This document shows, one piece after another, positions 9,745-22,500 of a DNA stretch of 64,000 nt (positions are counted from its first letter, which is position 1; each line of letters starts with the position of its first letter). The position numbers were made by a program, and so were the translations under genes. This DNA is from a virus, in the IMG/VR virus record IMGVR_UViG_3300030333_008604, positions 58,943-122,942 of that record; one strand, written 5' to 3'. Under the pieces are notes generated by a model, which was not told the DNA's origin, searched no databases, and saw nothing but the letters and a program-made list of their open reading frames with translations.

Positions 9745-12700
9745 ATGAGCGTAAAAGATTTATTTGACAAAGGCCACTCTCTAAAGTTTATCCGCAAACA
9801 AACTCACAATGACGTGCGTGATGATGTTGAGTCGAAGCGGTTTATCGAAGCATATTCTGAAAAGCGCAGAAGATTCTTTCCTAATGTTGACTTTACAACA
9901 GCTTCTAATTTCGCAAGATATGGGTCAGCGGAGCTTTATTACGATTCAGCAATTAAACGGATATACCAGACCTATCCGTACGATGGCTCCTTGGCAGAAA
10001 AAACTGAATGGGAGAATGATAGCAATTATTTAGACGCATTTATTTTTCAAAATGAGTATCCTCGCGTCAACGGCCATATAACACTCAACAGCGGCTCAAA
10101 TACTTACACTGCTGAATCTTCTTTAAATGTATACAGCAGCTCTGCTCCGCAATATATTCTCTTTTCAGGTGGCCCTCACGCCGACCCAGCAGGAAATTTT
10201 AAAGATCCTGTTGCGAGCGGCCCAGAACAGCCTGGCGTGTCTAAAGTAAATATATATGAAGCGTCCTCTGCAAGGACAAACAACTTAGAGCTAGATCTGG
10301 CCAAGGGTATAACTTTTGAATTTTGGCTTAAAAAAGATTCTTGGGTCGACACATCAACTGTAAAATACGAATACTTGTTTAACCTTGTCGCCTCAGGAGC
10401 CACAGGCGATCAATATGGAAACTTAAGAGTTTACTGTAATGGTGTTTCCAAGGATGATCTTAGATTAATAATTAATTCTGGATCAACAGAACTAGAGTTC
10501 CTTCACGAGACTGGACTGTCTGGCCAAGGTATTGCTGACGGGAAGTGGCGCCATTATGCGTTTACTGCAGCGATAACTGGCTCCTCCACCATAAGTAAAA
10601 TGTACTTAGACGGCGTTTTAAAATCATCTGTGATCGATTCGGATACGATTAACCCAATTGACGGCAAGATGGTCGCCGCCATCGGCGCTCTAGCAGGACC
10701 TAAAGCGATAAATCTCGCACAAGCTGGACGCGGCTGGGGTAATGCTGTTGACGCTCATTTTGACGAATTTAGATATTGGAAAACAGAACGCAACGCGCAA
10801 GATATTGGGAGGTTCTACCGACAACAGATCGGCGGCGGAACAAATACTGATAATATAAAATATGATAAAGTTCACAATCCAGTCGATCTTGGTGTTTATT
10901 ACAAGTTCAACGAAGGAATTACTGGCCAGCCCAACACTGATTCAATCATATTGGATTATTCTGGTCGTATTTCAAATGGCGATTTTATAAATTATGACTC
11001 CACGACTTCAAGAAACTTAAGTTCTGCTATGGTCACGGCAGGCGCCTCACCAGCAGAATTTAAAGACCCTATTTTATATTCTTTCCACCCAGAAGTCTCT
11101 GCATATCATACAGCAAAACTAACATCTGGTTCATTCTGGGATGAAGAAAACTCGGCGATGCTTTTAAAAAGCTTTCCGGGCTGGATTACAGAAGAAGACG
11201 AACAAAAATCTAACAATCTAAAATACATGGTTCAGATAATTTCTAGCTTTTTCGATGACGTTTATCTGCAAATGGAATCTTTGCCTCGACTCAAAGATAT
11301 AAACTATCCTTATGATAACGATCCAAAATATGAAAAGCCTCTGGCCTTCGCTGATCGACTTCTTACTCATCGTGGCATCGAGGCACCGGAGCTTTTTGCA
11401 GATGCGTCATTGTTGGCAAAATATTTAAATCGTGACGAACAAAGACTATTTGAAAAGAAATTATACGACGTTAAAAACACAATTTATCAAAACATATATA
11501 ACAACCTCACGTATTTGCAAAAAACCAAAGGCACGCTTAAGTCTTTGCGCAACTTTTTAAGGTGTTTTGGTGTTGATGAAGACCTCGTCAAACTTAACAT
11601 TTATGCATCTGGCGAGACATTTGAATTAAAAGACAATTTTACTTATACTTCATTAAGAAAAAAATATATAGATTTTGATGACTTGGAGACCAGGTATGAG
11701 AAGACCGGTAAATATATAAATTCTTTTGAATCAACCGCCTATCAATACTACGATACTGGCATAACAGATTCTCTTTCTTATATACCAGGAATATCCAGGG
11801 CCCTGGCCTCGGGCAGTTCTGCCACTATGGAAGTAGAAGTGATATTCCCCAAAAGGCACGTAGCTAATGACGATAACTATAATCTTTTTCCTGGTTATGA
11901 TTCGTCGATTTTTGGTCTACATGGCGTAAAGCCCTCGAATACAGACTTGAGCTACTTAGATGGCACTGGGGCCGACGTTGGAACTGACGATATTAACTTC
12001 CACTTAAAGGTTCAGAAGTCCAAAAATGACAAAAGAGATGGAAAATTTGTTCTTTCAACGACTGCACCATCGAACGGCGACCACGTTTTTCCGGAATTAG
12101 AAACAGCTAGTTCATATTCTAGAATTTATGATAATGAAAAGTGGAATTTTGCAGTTCGTCTGCGACCGTCCAAGAACCATGGCGGTCTCGTTACCGGCAG
12201 TTTTGAGCCTATTAGCAGTGCTTACGTTTTAGAGCTTTACGGGGTTAACTACTTATCGAATATTTTACAAGAAGAGTTCGTTCTAAGCAGTTCAATCAGT
12301 TTTGAAACTGCAATTAAGTTCTTTGAAAGGCCAAAAAGAATTTTTGCCGGCGCTCGGAGGAACAACTTTACTGGCTCCGTGGCCACACATTCAGATGTTA
12401 AAGTCGCCTCAGTAAGATATTGGCACGACTATTTGACAAATGACACGATTAAGGCGCATGCTTTGGACTCTTTTACTTATGGCGCCGGCAATCCTTACAA
12501 GAATGACAACTTTTTCTCAAAATTTTCACACAAATCTATTCCGCAAATAGAAAAATTGGTCATGGACTGGACAGTTGAAAACGTTACTGCTTCCGGAAGG
12601 TCCGGAGAGTTTTCAATTACTGACTTTTCATCCGGCTCAAGAGGCAACTCAAGCAATAGATACGGTGATTATAGAACTCTACTGAATTCTCACTATCCAG

Positions 12701-15700
12701 CCAAGGGAGATTTCTTTGTTACCGGGTCAGATCAAGCAGTTGACGTCGAATTTGTCCCAACTGGTAAACAAAAGCTACCAGAAATCGTAAATAGCGACGA
12801 CATGGTCAAAGTTTTAAATAGATTTGATGATGTTAACTTCATTCGAGACACAACTTACGTTCAGCACCATCTTTCAGTAGAAAAAAGCATGTATCAGGTC
12901 ATTTCGGAAGAAATGTTGAGATTTTTTGCTACAATTGTCGACTTTAACAACTTGATTGGTGAACCAGTTAACAGATATCGTCCAAATTATAAAAAAATAG
13001 ACAAACTGCGCGATCTTTTCTTTGAAAAGGTGGAAGAAGCCCCGGATTTAGACAAATTTATTGAATATTACAAGTGGATTGACGATGCAGTTTCGTTAAT
13101 GATTTTCCAACTAATTCCAGCTTCGACAAACAAGGTCGAAGTACTGCGAAATATGGTAGAGAGTCATATTCTTGAGAGAAATAAGTACTGGTCTAAGTTT
13201 CCCACCCTAGACAACAAAACTCGCGAACCATTTGACCCTATTTTGGGCATTAACGAGATGTTGTATAACTGGAAGTTCGGACATGTAAACCCCGGAAGCA
13301 CAGAAAGTGATAGTTGTCTATGGTGGAAGTCCAGAGCAGAGCGTGGGATTCTTTATGTAGATCCAGGCAGCGTCGATCCGTCAAAAACAACTCTTTCTTC
13401 TAGTGTTGTTGACGTTAATAATACAAAAAACACTCTATTGCGCAGAATAAACACAACATCGCCTGTTGTTGGCACAAATATGCGCCCTCAAGATGACCCA
13501 ACGTTTTTTACTGATGGCGGAGACAGTTATTCTGCGCCCACTTACAAAATAAGGGCACTTTCTAGGCCGGTTCGCATAGAAAAAGACCGGGCCTTGACTT
13601 TGAAGGGCGGCCCAAACTCAAAAGTTAATAAAAAATATGATCTTTACAAAAACGCTGTAAAATGGGCTAGTGATGATGATTTTCTTTTTATGGATTTGGA
13701 CAACCAGCTTCCTATAAAAGACTGCAATGACCAATATACGCCAGAAGAGTTAAACAAGAAGATAGCTTATTTCAAGTCATCAATAGAAACTGCAGGTGAC
13801 TTAACAGATACAGTCCTTGGCGGCAACACAGCCCGGGCAGAATATGACGATCTTAAGAGTGAACAGCTTTTTCCATTTAGTATATACACGTCTTCTATTG
13901 AGGATGGCTATAAAAAGCCTGGATATATCAATGCGCTTGGAACAAACGCTCAATTTAGAACTGACTTTAACAACTACCACCATGATTATTACGGCCCGGA
14001 CGCAGAAATACCGATGCAGGGGCCGTTTACTCGGGCAAATGTTGGAGGCATGCAACACCGACATGCAGAAATCAATCGCTATTCTACTCTAAAGGGCAAT
14101 TTTAATAATCTAGATTCTGCCCTCGACCGAGCAGAAGGTTGGGCTCTGTATAATAATCTTACTAGGCCGCGAAGTCTTGAAAGTCAATATATTTTAAACG
14201 AATATTTTCACGCTGGCACTTATGCTGGCCACCAAGACCACGTCCAGCTAAGAGGAGGTAACAGCGATACAGCGGGAGGCATGCACGGGAATGTGTATCT
14301 TGAGCCTAGTGCGTATGAAATGTGGGCCGGTGGTGTAGATTGCGGTACCTTGCACGCTTGGACATTCAAGAGAGGCACGACACCCTCGTTTGGTACTGGT
14401 CCGACCGTCAGCGCTAGTGAAAGGTTTGCTTATTGTGAAGTCCTGCCAGAATATGCGCAACAGACTTTTGGCTTGAGAACTCCTTTAATTGATTTCTTGG
14501 ACTTGTCTACTGACTCCGGAGAAGTATATTTTAAATTTGACTATCACATGCATGGTGTTAATATAGGCACCTTGAAGGCTCAAGCGTCTACTGACCCAAC
14601 TTTTGCTAGCGATGTGACGGATATCTTGCTTAGGTGGGATCATAGCGGCACTCCAAGTCAGGCAACCAGCCTTACTGGAGAGCAGCATGCCAGTTCAACT
14701 GACGCATTCAAATCTGCATATGCCACAGCAAACTATCCTTCATATGGCAACGGCCTTCAAGATTTTCTTGGAAAAAGATTTTATATAAGATTTCTTTACA
14801 CTGCTGGTATTGGCCATCTTGGAGATTGCGCGATTGATAATGTGGCCATCTATCAGGGCGACTCTGCGAAACAAAACAAAGGTGACTCCTGGCGCTTGTT
14901 GCACCCCACACACGACAACATAAGCCAACCACACGCTATGCTTTTCCGTGAAGAAGTAGCAAAGCGCCCTGTTAATATTAGAAATATAGAAATTACCAGT
15001 TCCTCACCAACCAAAGCTGGTAACTATTTTCATAGATATCAATACTTGAATATAGGCAACCGCGCGGCCAATGATCCGTGGTTTGTCAAGAACCATACAG
15101 AAGTCTCAAGCCGTACTTCCTCAATGGGCCCCCTTTCAATGATCGGTACCGGCTCTAGTATTACAAATATATTAAACACTAGGCTTGATCCCGTAGTTGG
15201 CGGTCGAGCACCTTCGACTGACAGCTTTGTTTTGCCGGAGCGCGAGTTCCTCAGCGGCACAGTGCGCAACAAGACAAGATTTGTTGCTCATTTTAGCTCA
15301 CCTGGAGATCATGAAAGCTTGTCTAGGGGCTACCTTGATCGCGAGCATGAGAGTTTTTCTGTCTACAATGCTATGCCATGGCGAAACAGATTTATTCGGC
15401 AACAGCATACTTCACAATTAACTGCGCATATGGGCAAATTTGGCACTAGTACACATGGCCCAACTTCTACATCAGCTAGAGTTTTTGGAGACGAGGTCGT
15501 CGGCAGCACTCGAAGCGATGATTATTCAATAAATGGAGATGCAGCTAGACACAAATATCACTCAAACTCCGTACAAAGAATTGAACAGTCGTCTTCTTAT
15601 GGAATTGCTTCAAGCAAGGGCGCATCTTTTAATGGTACAAACGATTATCTTGCTGTTGCGGATAACATCACTCTCCAGTTCGGCGCCACCAGCGCTGATG

Positions 15701-16503
15701 GCGCTTTTTCTATTAGCGCTTGGGTGCAGATGACGGATGCAACTAATTTTCCCATCATTGAGAAAGTTAACCATGGCTCTAGCCTTTATGAATGGCGCCT
15801 TTATGTCAGCACTGACGACAAATTATACTTTAAATGCATGGATGAGACAGAATCTGTGTACGAGGCGGTAAGGTCTGACTCCGCCCTCACTTCATATCAA
15901 GGTCTTTGGACTCATATAGTTGCAACTGCCGATACAGCCGGCGAATCTAAAGGCATGAAGCTTTATATAAATGGTGCAGAAATTGCTTCAACTCGTTTCG
16001 ACGCAGGATCTTACACAGCTATGCACAATACTGCCGCCGGCTTAAGCATTGGCAAATACGACACAGGATCTCCGCTATTTGCCCGCGGCGGTATGGACGA
16101 AATAAGTATTTGGAATCGAGCATTGTCCGACGAAGATGTGTTGGAAATTTATAACGGCTGTCCTAAACAAGAGACTGCTACGTCCAATGTGAGTAAAATC
16201 ATCAATCCAGGCTCTGGTGATTTGACAAACCACTCCGCCGCGCAGCATTTGCAGGCTTGGTGGCGTTTAGGTGATAGTGGCGATACTGTTGAGTCAGACT
16301 CGTCTTTAACAACTTCAATCGATAGAAAAAACAGCAACAATGCTACAGGCTACGGTACCGGCCCTACAGTTTTTACTTTGGGCGTACCTCCTGCGATTTT
16401 TGAACAAATGGTCACCGGCTCTACCCACGACAATGGTTTTGTGTCTCATATGATACCAAGAACAGATTTTCAATATGCATGGATAACAGCTTCGATAATT
16501 TAA
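9745..16503 (+). CDS. Giant baseplate/tail-tip protein with two LamG (concanavalin A-like) domains and a MAM-like domain
   Basis: LamG motifs: TFEFWLK...WRHYAFT...MYLDG...FDEFRYW, and FSISAWVQ...WTHIVAT...LYING...MDEISIWNRALS. KTKGTLKSLRNFLRCFG resembles a gp7/P2 gpI-type wedge motif. MAM-like stretch TPSFGTGP...FDYHMHG...GDCAIDNV. Confidence 0.8.
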   Translation: MSVKDLFDKGHSLKFIRKQTHNDVRDDVESKRFIEAYSEKRRRFFPNVDFTTASNFARYGSAELYYDSAIKRIYQTYPYDGSLAEKTEWENDSNYLDAFIFQNEYPRVNGHITLNSGSNTYTAESSLNVYSSSAPQYILFSGGPHADPAGNFKDPVASGPEQPGVSKVNIYEASSARTNNLELDLAKGITFEFWLKKDSWVDTSTVKYEYLFNLVASGATGDQYGNLRVYCNGVSKDDLRLIINSGSTELEFLHETGLSGQGIADGKWRHYAFTAAITGSSTISKMYLDGVLKSSVIDSDTINPIDGKMVAAIGALAGPKAINLAQAGRGWGNAVDAHFDEFRYWKTERNAQDIGRFYRQQIGGGTNTDNIKYDKVHNPVDLGVYYKFNEGITGQPNTDSIILDYSGRISNGDFINYDSTTSRNLSSAMVTAGASPAEFKDPILYSFHPEVSAYHTAKLTSGSFWDEENSAMLLKSFPGWITEEDEQKSNNLKYMVQIISSFFDDVYLQMESLPRLKDINYPYDNDPKYEKPLAFADRLLTHRGIEAPELFADASLLAKYLNRDEQRLFEKKLYDVKNTIYQNIYNNLTYLQKTKGTLKSLRNFLRCFGVDEDLVKLNIYASGETFELKDNFTYTSLRKKYIDFDDLETRYEKTGKYINSFESTAYQYYDTGITDSLSYIPGISRALASGSSATMEVEVIFPKRHVANDDNYNLFPGYDSSIFGLHGVKPSNTDLSYLDGTGADVGTDDINFHLKVQKSKNDKRDGKFVLSTTAPSNGDHVFPELETASSYSRIYDNEKWNFAVRLRPSKNHGGLVTGSFEPISSAYVLELYGVNYLSNILQEEFVLSSSISFETAIKFFERPKRIFAGARRNNFTGSVATHSDVKVASVRYWHDYLTNDTIKAHALDSFTYGAGNPYKNDNFFSKFSHKSIPQIEKLVMDWTVENVTASGRSGEFSITDFSSGSRGNSSNRYGDYRTLLNSHYPAKGDFFVTGSDQAVDVEFVPTGKQKLPEIVNSDDMVKVLNRFDDVNFIRDTTYVQHHLSVEKSMYQVISEEMLRFFATIVDFNNLIGEPVNRYRPNYKKIDKLRDLFFEKVEEAPDLDKFIEYYKWIDDAVSLMIFQLIPASTNKVEVLRNMVESHILERNKYWSKFPTLDNKTREPFDPILGINEMLYNWKFGHVNPGSTESDSCLWWKSRAERGILYVDPGSVDPSKTTLSSSVVDVNNTKNTLLRRINTTSPVVGTNMRPQDDPTFFTDGGDSYSAPTYKIRALSRPVRIEKDRALTLKGGPNSKVNKKYDLYKNAVKWASDDDFLFMDLDNQLPIKDCNDQYTPEELNKKIAYFKSSIETAGDLTDTVLGGNTARAEYDDLKSEQLFPFSIYTSSIEDGYKKPGYINALGTNAQFRTDFNNYHHDYYGPDAEIPMQGPFTRANVGGMQHRHAEINRYSTLKGNFNNLDSALDRAEGWALYNNLTRPRSLESQYILNEYFHAGTYAGHQDHVQLRGGNSDTAGGMHGNVYLEPSAYEMWAGGVDCGTLHAWTFKRGTTPSFGTGPTVSASERFAYCEVLPEYAQQTFGLRTPLIDFLDLSTDSGEVYFKFDYHMHGVNIGTLKAQASTDPTFASDVTDILLRWDHSGTPSQATSLTGEQHASSTDAFKSAYATANYPSYGNGLQDFLGKRFYIRFLYTAGIGHLGDCAIDNVAIYQGDSAKQNKGDSWRLLHPTHDNISQPHAMLFREEVAKRPVNIRNIEITSSSPTKAGNYFHRYQYLNIGNRAANDPWFVKNHTEVSSRTSSMGPLSMIGTGSSITNILNTRLDPVVGGRAPSTDSFVLPEREFLSGTVRNKTRFVAHFSSPGDHESLSRGYLDREHESFSVYNAMPWRNRFIRQQHTSQLTAHMGKFGTSTHGPTSTSARVFGDEVVGSTRSDDYSINGDAARHKYHSNSVQRIEQSSSYGIASSKGASFNGTNDYLAVADNITLQFGATSADGAFSISAWVQMTDATNFPIIEKVNHGSSLYEWRLYVSTDDKLYFKCMDETESVYEAVRSDSALTSYQGLWTHIVATADTAGESKGMKLYINGAEIASTRFDAGSYTAMHNTAAGLSIGKYDTGSPLFARGGMDEISIWNRALSDEDVLEIYNGCPKQETATSNVSKIINPGSGDLTNHSAAQHLQAWWRLGDSGDTVESDSSLTTSIDRKNSNNATGYGTGPTVFTLGVPPAIFEQMVTGSTHDNGFVSHMIPRTDFQYAWITASII

Positions 16504-16510
16504 TGTATAA

Positions 16511-16518
16511 TCTAATTA
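16511..16518 (+). promoter_or_regulatory. Candidate late promoter octamer variant TCTAATTA
   Basis: Intergenic, upstream of the SD and ATG at 16541; fits the recurrent [A/T]CTA[T/C/A]TTA motif. Confidence 0.45.
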
Positions 16519-16540
16519 TTAGATGGAGTTGAGGTAAACA

Positions 16541-19500
16541 ATGGCAATAAGCGGATCACTAAATTTTATAACCGCCAGCGAGTTTGGTAGTTATCTAAAG
16601 CCAGGCTCAGATGCGAATCGGAGATTTGGTCTCGATAAAAACGATGCACAGCTAGATGGTTCAACTAGAAATGGCTTTATACCAACTGATTTTGTGGGCT
16701 TGAACACGAATATTCACGAGCCTTTTGATTTAAATTCTAGTTTTCTTGGCTATACTTCATCATACAGCATAATGTCTTATGTTAACGTCGGAACCGATGG
16801 CAACGACACGACGAAAGATGGCTCATCTCAAGGATATGGCGGCTTTATAAACGTCAATTATCAGGCAGACGAGGCAGGCGACTTAGGATTTAGCACTGCT
16901 TATATTTTCAACGCTTTAATGTTGCATCGAAATGGACCCTATCAGCGCCCAATGTGGCAACAGTTTAGAGACGCGAGTCATCCAATTGCAAGATATTTAA
17001 GACTACACAACACAATGTCTATATCTAGCAAGTCTCCATGGAACATGGCCGACCCTGCGAATAAGGCTAATGCTCCCTTGCAACAACATCAGTGGGGCAA
17101 ACACAACGAGCACGATCCCACAACTCCTAAGTCTAATTATGCTGATAATTTTATACTTTTCCAAACGCTAGATAAATACAGCACAACAGTTAAATTTTAT
17201 GAATCGGCTGTTGTGTCAAATCACCTTCCTTTAAAATATACGGTAAATATTGGCGACTCGCCAGCCATCGTGCGCCAGACGCTTTTTAATGAATTAACTT
17301 ATTTTACCAATGAAGACTTAAATAAAAAGTTGAAATTATCAGATGGCAAGCCTCCTAATGTTTTTGATAATGTCAACGATTTTTATATTAAGCGTCCCAT
17401 GGAACCGTATCGAATGTTGCAAGCCGCAAAACAAATAGATGGCATGCGTGATGTTACACTTAAAGAGCGGATATATCCACGAGAAGTAAACACATATCGA
17501 CCAACCACCAGAAAGAAAGATCTTTATGACGAGGTGGCTGGTACAGACTTTAAAGGTTATGACCGCGTTTCTTATAGAACTTTCTGGAGAGATTCTCAAG
17601 CAAACCGTGCTCGTACGGACGACGCGTGCCTTAATTCTCAAGGTTACAATCAAAGGATCCCTTTTCAAGATTATATTGCACGCTCAGGATCACAAGGAGA
17701 CAATAGTCTCAAAAATTACATGTGCTCAAATCAATATTATATGAGCGGCTCTGTGCCATTTGTCGCCGCCGGCGTTGTAACTTGGCAAAGAGAGTCTGAG
17801 CACGTTAAATATCCTCCTTCCGGTTCTTCAGTTTTCGGTCAACAGCGTGAAATGTATCAACCATACCAAATTGCTCTGAATAGCATGTGGCCGCTTGACG
17901 TCCGTAGTGACATATATGACAGGCCCTACTACTTGGCAGCAGTTCACAATTCAGGCACACATTCAGATTTTTCAGACGGTCCCAGTGTTGCAATTGGCCT
18001 CTCGCCGTTAGCTCCTGCAGCTTTAATGTCGAGCCGCTCTTTTGCTGCCGCAGTTACTTCCAGTATCACGAGATCTGCCGGCGAGCTTGTGTATAGTACA
18101 AAGCCAACAATACTTTACTGGGCCCAGCAAATAAACGCTACTTCATTTGTTCATGAGGGTCATCCAACAGTTAGTGGCAAATCTGCAGATGACACCGCGC
18201 AAGAAGTTCCTATAGCACGAGTTTCCGGAAGCCGCGCGCGCAATCGAGGATTGTCAGTTAGTGGGGACACCCACACAGGCGGGCTCACTTTGGGTTCAAC
18301 CGGCGATCACCCTAGTCAATATAACGCAAACTTTTCTTTTACTGGGTCATCATACGGCTCTCTTCGCGATGGCTATCACGCAGCCACTGCGTCTTTGCAA
18401 TTCTTGAGACATGCCTATCCTTATCAAACTCCGTACTGGGCGGCTCATTTGATTTCCGAACGAAATCCAATGTATGACTCATATGAAGATTTTTCACAAG
18501 ATCTGTATTACATTGGCAAGGACTATTCTATCGTACCAGAGTTTAGATATTCTGAGCACTATGATTATTATACGCCTAGATTTGGTATGTTTACTTCTCC
18601 AAATCTTAAAATGTTTGGTCTGGATACTGACAAGGGCTACAAAGCCTTTAAAAGGAACTACAGCAAGCTAATAGAGCCTAAAGTTAATTTCTTAACTATT
18701 GACGGTGTCGATCTCCAACAAACACAGACAGATTTCTCTAGCGGCCCTCAAAACAAGTATGAGTTCAAAACGCAGTTTTATGAATTGGATGATTTAGATT
18801 ACACTTCGAATACTCTGGCTATAGTAGACACGCCGGATAAAAGCTATAAAGCTTATCCGCAAAGTGTAGAATTTCATGGCAAATATACGGAAACCGAACC
18901 CGCGACAAATTTCTCTTATTTACTCCGCCTAGGCGACAATTTTACCGATGGAGAGGAAACAATACCCAGCAGGATTACTTTAAAGTTTATGGCAATTAAA
19001 AAACTGCTACCATATAACGGCTTTTATCCTGTTTCGCGCACTGTTCAGATCGGGACTCACCTATCGCAAGCATTTGGCAGCTATTTGACAGGAACCAACA
19101 ATGAGGATCTTTACACGAACTATCCGGGCGCCGCCTTGATACAGGCATCAGGAACTCTTCAAGCGGCGCGCCTTCAAGCCTTGTTAGAACCATTGATGGC
19201 CCCGGGGCTTCTATACAACTCTATTAAGTCAGGAATTGCTGTAAATCATCCAATTTATAGATCTTATAAGGATGGAGCGCCAGAGCAAGAGTTCCCTATG
19301 AAGTACTTCGGGCCACGTCAGCCAAATTGGTATGGCGAAGAGCTTGGCGCCGAAGATCCTGCCGTTACAAATGTTGGCCATTCTACTAATCGTTTTGGCT
19401 TTTCCGACAAGCTTGGACAAGTCGCCCGTCATCTGTGCATCTCAAAAGCATCCTCCACGTACGGCGAAGGCATCCAGCCGCACAGCAAAGCTGCAGCCAC

Positions 19501-22500
19501 GCCTCCAGAATCAGCAACGGGCAATTATTCTCTTGAGGTGTTCACGAACAACATGGAGCTAGCTGCTAACGATTCACACGGCTTGCACTATCATGCTGAC
19601 TTTGTGGGGCTGGGTCACGGCTCAATGATGGGCGTGGCTTCTGCAATGCCAACATTTTTAAAAGTATCAGCTAGCTTCAAGCTACCCTTTGAAGCACTTT
19701 ACACACCCTCTCTTCTAAAGCAGGCTTTTAAATCGGATAATGATGGAGAAGTACAAAATGCGTCTTATTTACCTTACGATTTTATTGACGAAGCCCGTGC
19801 CCGCGAATTGAGATCAACTTTTGGCGAGACGGTCACCAACGCAAAACTGAGAGGGGCAAAGGGATCAAGAACGTCAGAATCAAGCTGGACACCTTTATGG
19901 AATCCGGATGCTTCTTTTAGTTTTGGGGCGATATTGGGTGGACCGGTTCAACGCACCTCGTTAAAGAGATATCAAAGCTCCATGAGTAATTTTCTTTGTG
20001 AAACGATGGACTTTTTCCTAGAGGGTGGTGATGCAAAATTCCCAGTCATTCAAAGCAATCCAATATATGGAGGAATTGAGCTTGAGCCCAAAACTTACAC
20101 TATGGACGTTCAGCTTCACCAGGCTAAAGATCACGTCTTGTGCGAGGGTCCACGTCTAGCTTCATTAAACACTGAGTATGGCAAAAAACATGTGCGCGCA
20201 CCCAATACAGGTCCTGATCGTGTGACTTCTGGGTCTGCCATGATGCGAGGCGCTCTTTTTGGACCACCGGTTCAAATAATTGAGCCTCTTAAGATAGACG
20301 AGACAAACCTAAGATATACTTATATTCCGAACATATTTAAGATTAGTAACGATTCTGGCCCTGCTAATGGCGATGAAATAAGATTTTGTGTTAATTATCA
20401 CAACGCTAGATTTAATATCAATAGCGCGTGGGACGACGCCGTCAATGATACGCGCACCGGCGATGGCGACAATCCAGGCTGGGTTACGATTAGGTTTGTA
20501 ACCAATCTTACGTCTGGCGACATTACTACCGACAACCTAATTGAGGTCAAGATAGGATCCACGACTGCTGAAACAGCGCAACGAGCAGTTAATGCAATTA
20601 ACGGAGTCGATCTGACCGGCGCGGACATGTCTGATTATTATAAGACTGGCGCAGATATTTATGCTCCATATGGTTCTGGACACTCGACCTATGGTTCGCT
20701 TGGCCGGGCCAAAGCTAGAGGCTTTTCTGCAACACAAGATAGTACATATCCTGGAGTTTACATCCCACCGTTTGGTATTTTGGCTACAACAGGCTCGACC
20801 TCTACTTCTTGGATTAGCATATGGTCCACGATACCTCACCCTGTTACTCGTCTTTCTGGCAACATAGGTTCCGAAAGCAGCCATGCTACAGCGCCTTATA
20901 TAGGCTTTGATCAAAAAGACGCCTCATCTAGCAATCGCATGCTTAACTCTTCCGCCTTGACGTCAACTTCTATTGGCTGGGTGTCTGGCGGCATGCCAGC
21001 TAGCTCGCTTGCTCTCGGAACTTCATATTTATATGGCGCCGCCGCAGGCGTACCATGGGAGAAGCTTGGCGAAACACAATTTGGATATTATGATAGTAGC
21101 ATGAAGGCTGTAAATTCGGCGTCATCTGAATTATATTACAATCTTCAAGACCCTGCCTATCAAGCTTATACTCCTCCTTATTTCTATGGACCTAGTTCTG
21201 CTGTTATTTCTTTTAAGGCCGAGGGGACAACAAACTACAAGTTATCTGAGATTGTCTCTAATACTAGAAGCAACTCGTATTATTTTGAAGAATATTATAA
21301 AGATTTGTGTCCAAGAATGCCCTCTACTGGCTCTTTATCAAGTGGCTCCATGAATAGAATGAAAATCGAAGCCTCAGTCGACATTTGGGAGTCAACAAAA
21401 GGAAATGAAGGAAAAAATAACATCTTTACACTTAAGGCCCGCGAAGATGAGCCTGAGAAAGAAGGCGAAGTTTGGTGGATGGCTCCAAAATGGATGGCAC
21501 CAGTGCTTGACATGTCCGAGGACAGCGTACCGTATCGCAAAACAACGCGATATCAGAAAAATGGCGATGTCCTTCAATCAGATAAGGTTACTGAAGTCGT
21601 TACATCGTCTGGTACGCAATATTATGGTCACCGAACAGGGCGATCTATTTGGATGGGTTATGGTTATGATCCGTACGATGAAGATCTCATCGAAGCCGTA
21701 CATGGTGAAGGTCACGAAAAAGAAAAGGGCATATGGCTAACAGTTAAAGATGTCAATATTGGAGTTTCAGGAGATCAGGCAACGACTCCAGGTTTTGTTA
21801 CGGATATTGGAAGCAACACGGCTCTTGCAGCTACGCGTGAATCTGCTTTTGGAAACCAAGATACCGCATCTTTAGGCGATGCACTGGGCTTTCATGATGC
21901 AGGTAGTGGTATGACTTATCCTCTTGGCCGCATGAATAACGCCAAATTAGTTAGTGAGGCAGTTGTCGCAATACCTTACTTTGAAAAAGGCTTCCAGAAA
22001 CGTGTGAATTTCCCAGGCGAGCATTATGATTCAACTATCTATGGGACAGTTGAGATTTTGCCGGGCAAGCACTTCTTAAGAATCTGGAACCCTTTGTTTG
22101 AGCGAATGCTGTCGCGTTTGTTAGCACAGAGAAACGCAAAAGTTAAGGCGGGGGTTTCACTGCAGGAATTTTATCAGAAATTTAATACTAGCGAGATTGC
22201 AATAAAAGAAATTAGAAAAACTGATTTAGGCAAGATGATTGCAACTCTTATCGGCGATGTGAATGCTTTTGATCCTGCTTCTGCTCCTGAATTTGAGGCT
22301 GTTAGTTATGTTTTACCACCTGAGATGGATTTTATTCACAACAAGGCGGTAACGCCATTCCAGATGTTGATTGCGCCATTTTATCAGTTCTTAGATAAGC
22401 AAGATTTGACAAATATTTACCAAGGACTGATGCCTGACTGCTCAATGAGGGCTGAAAAAGATTTTGTAAAAATTACCACAAGTCCTGGACGAGGTTCGGC

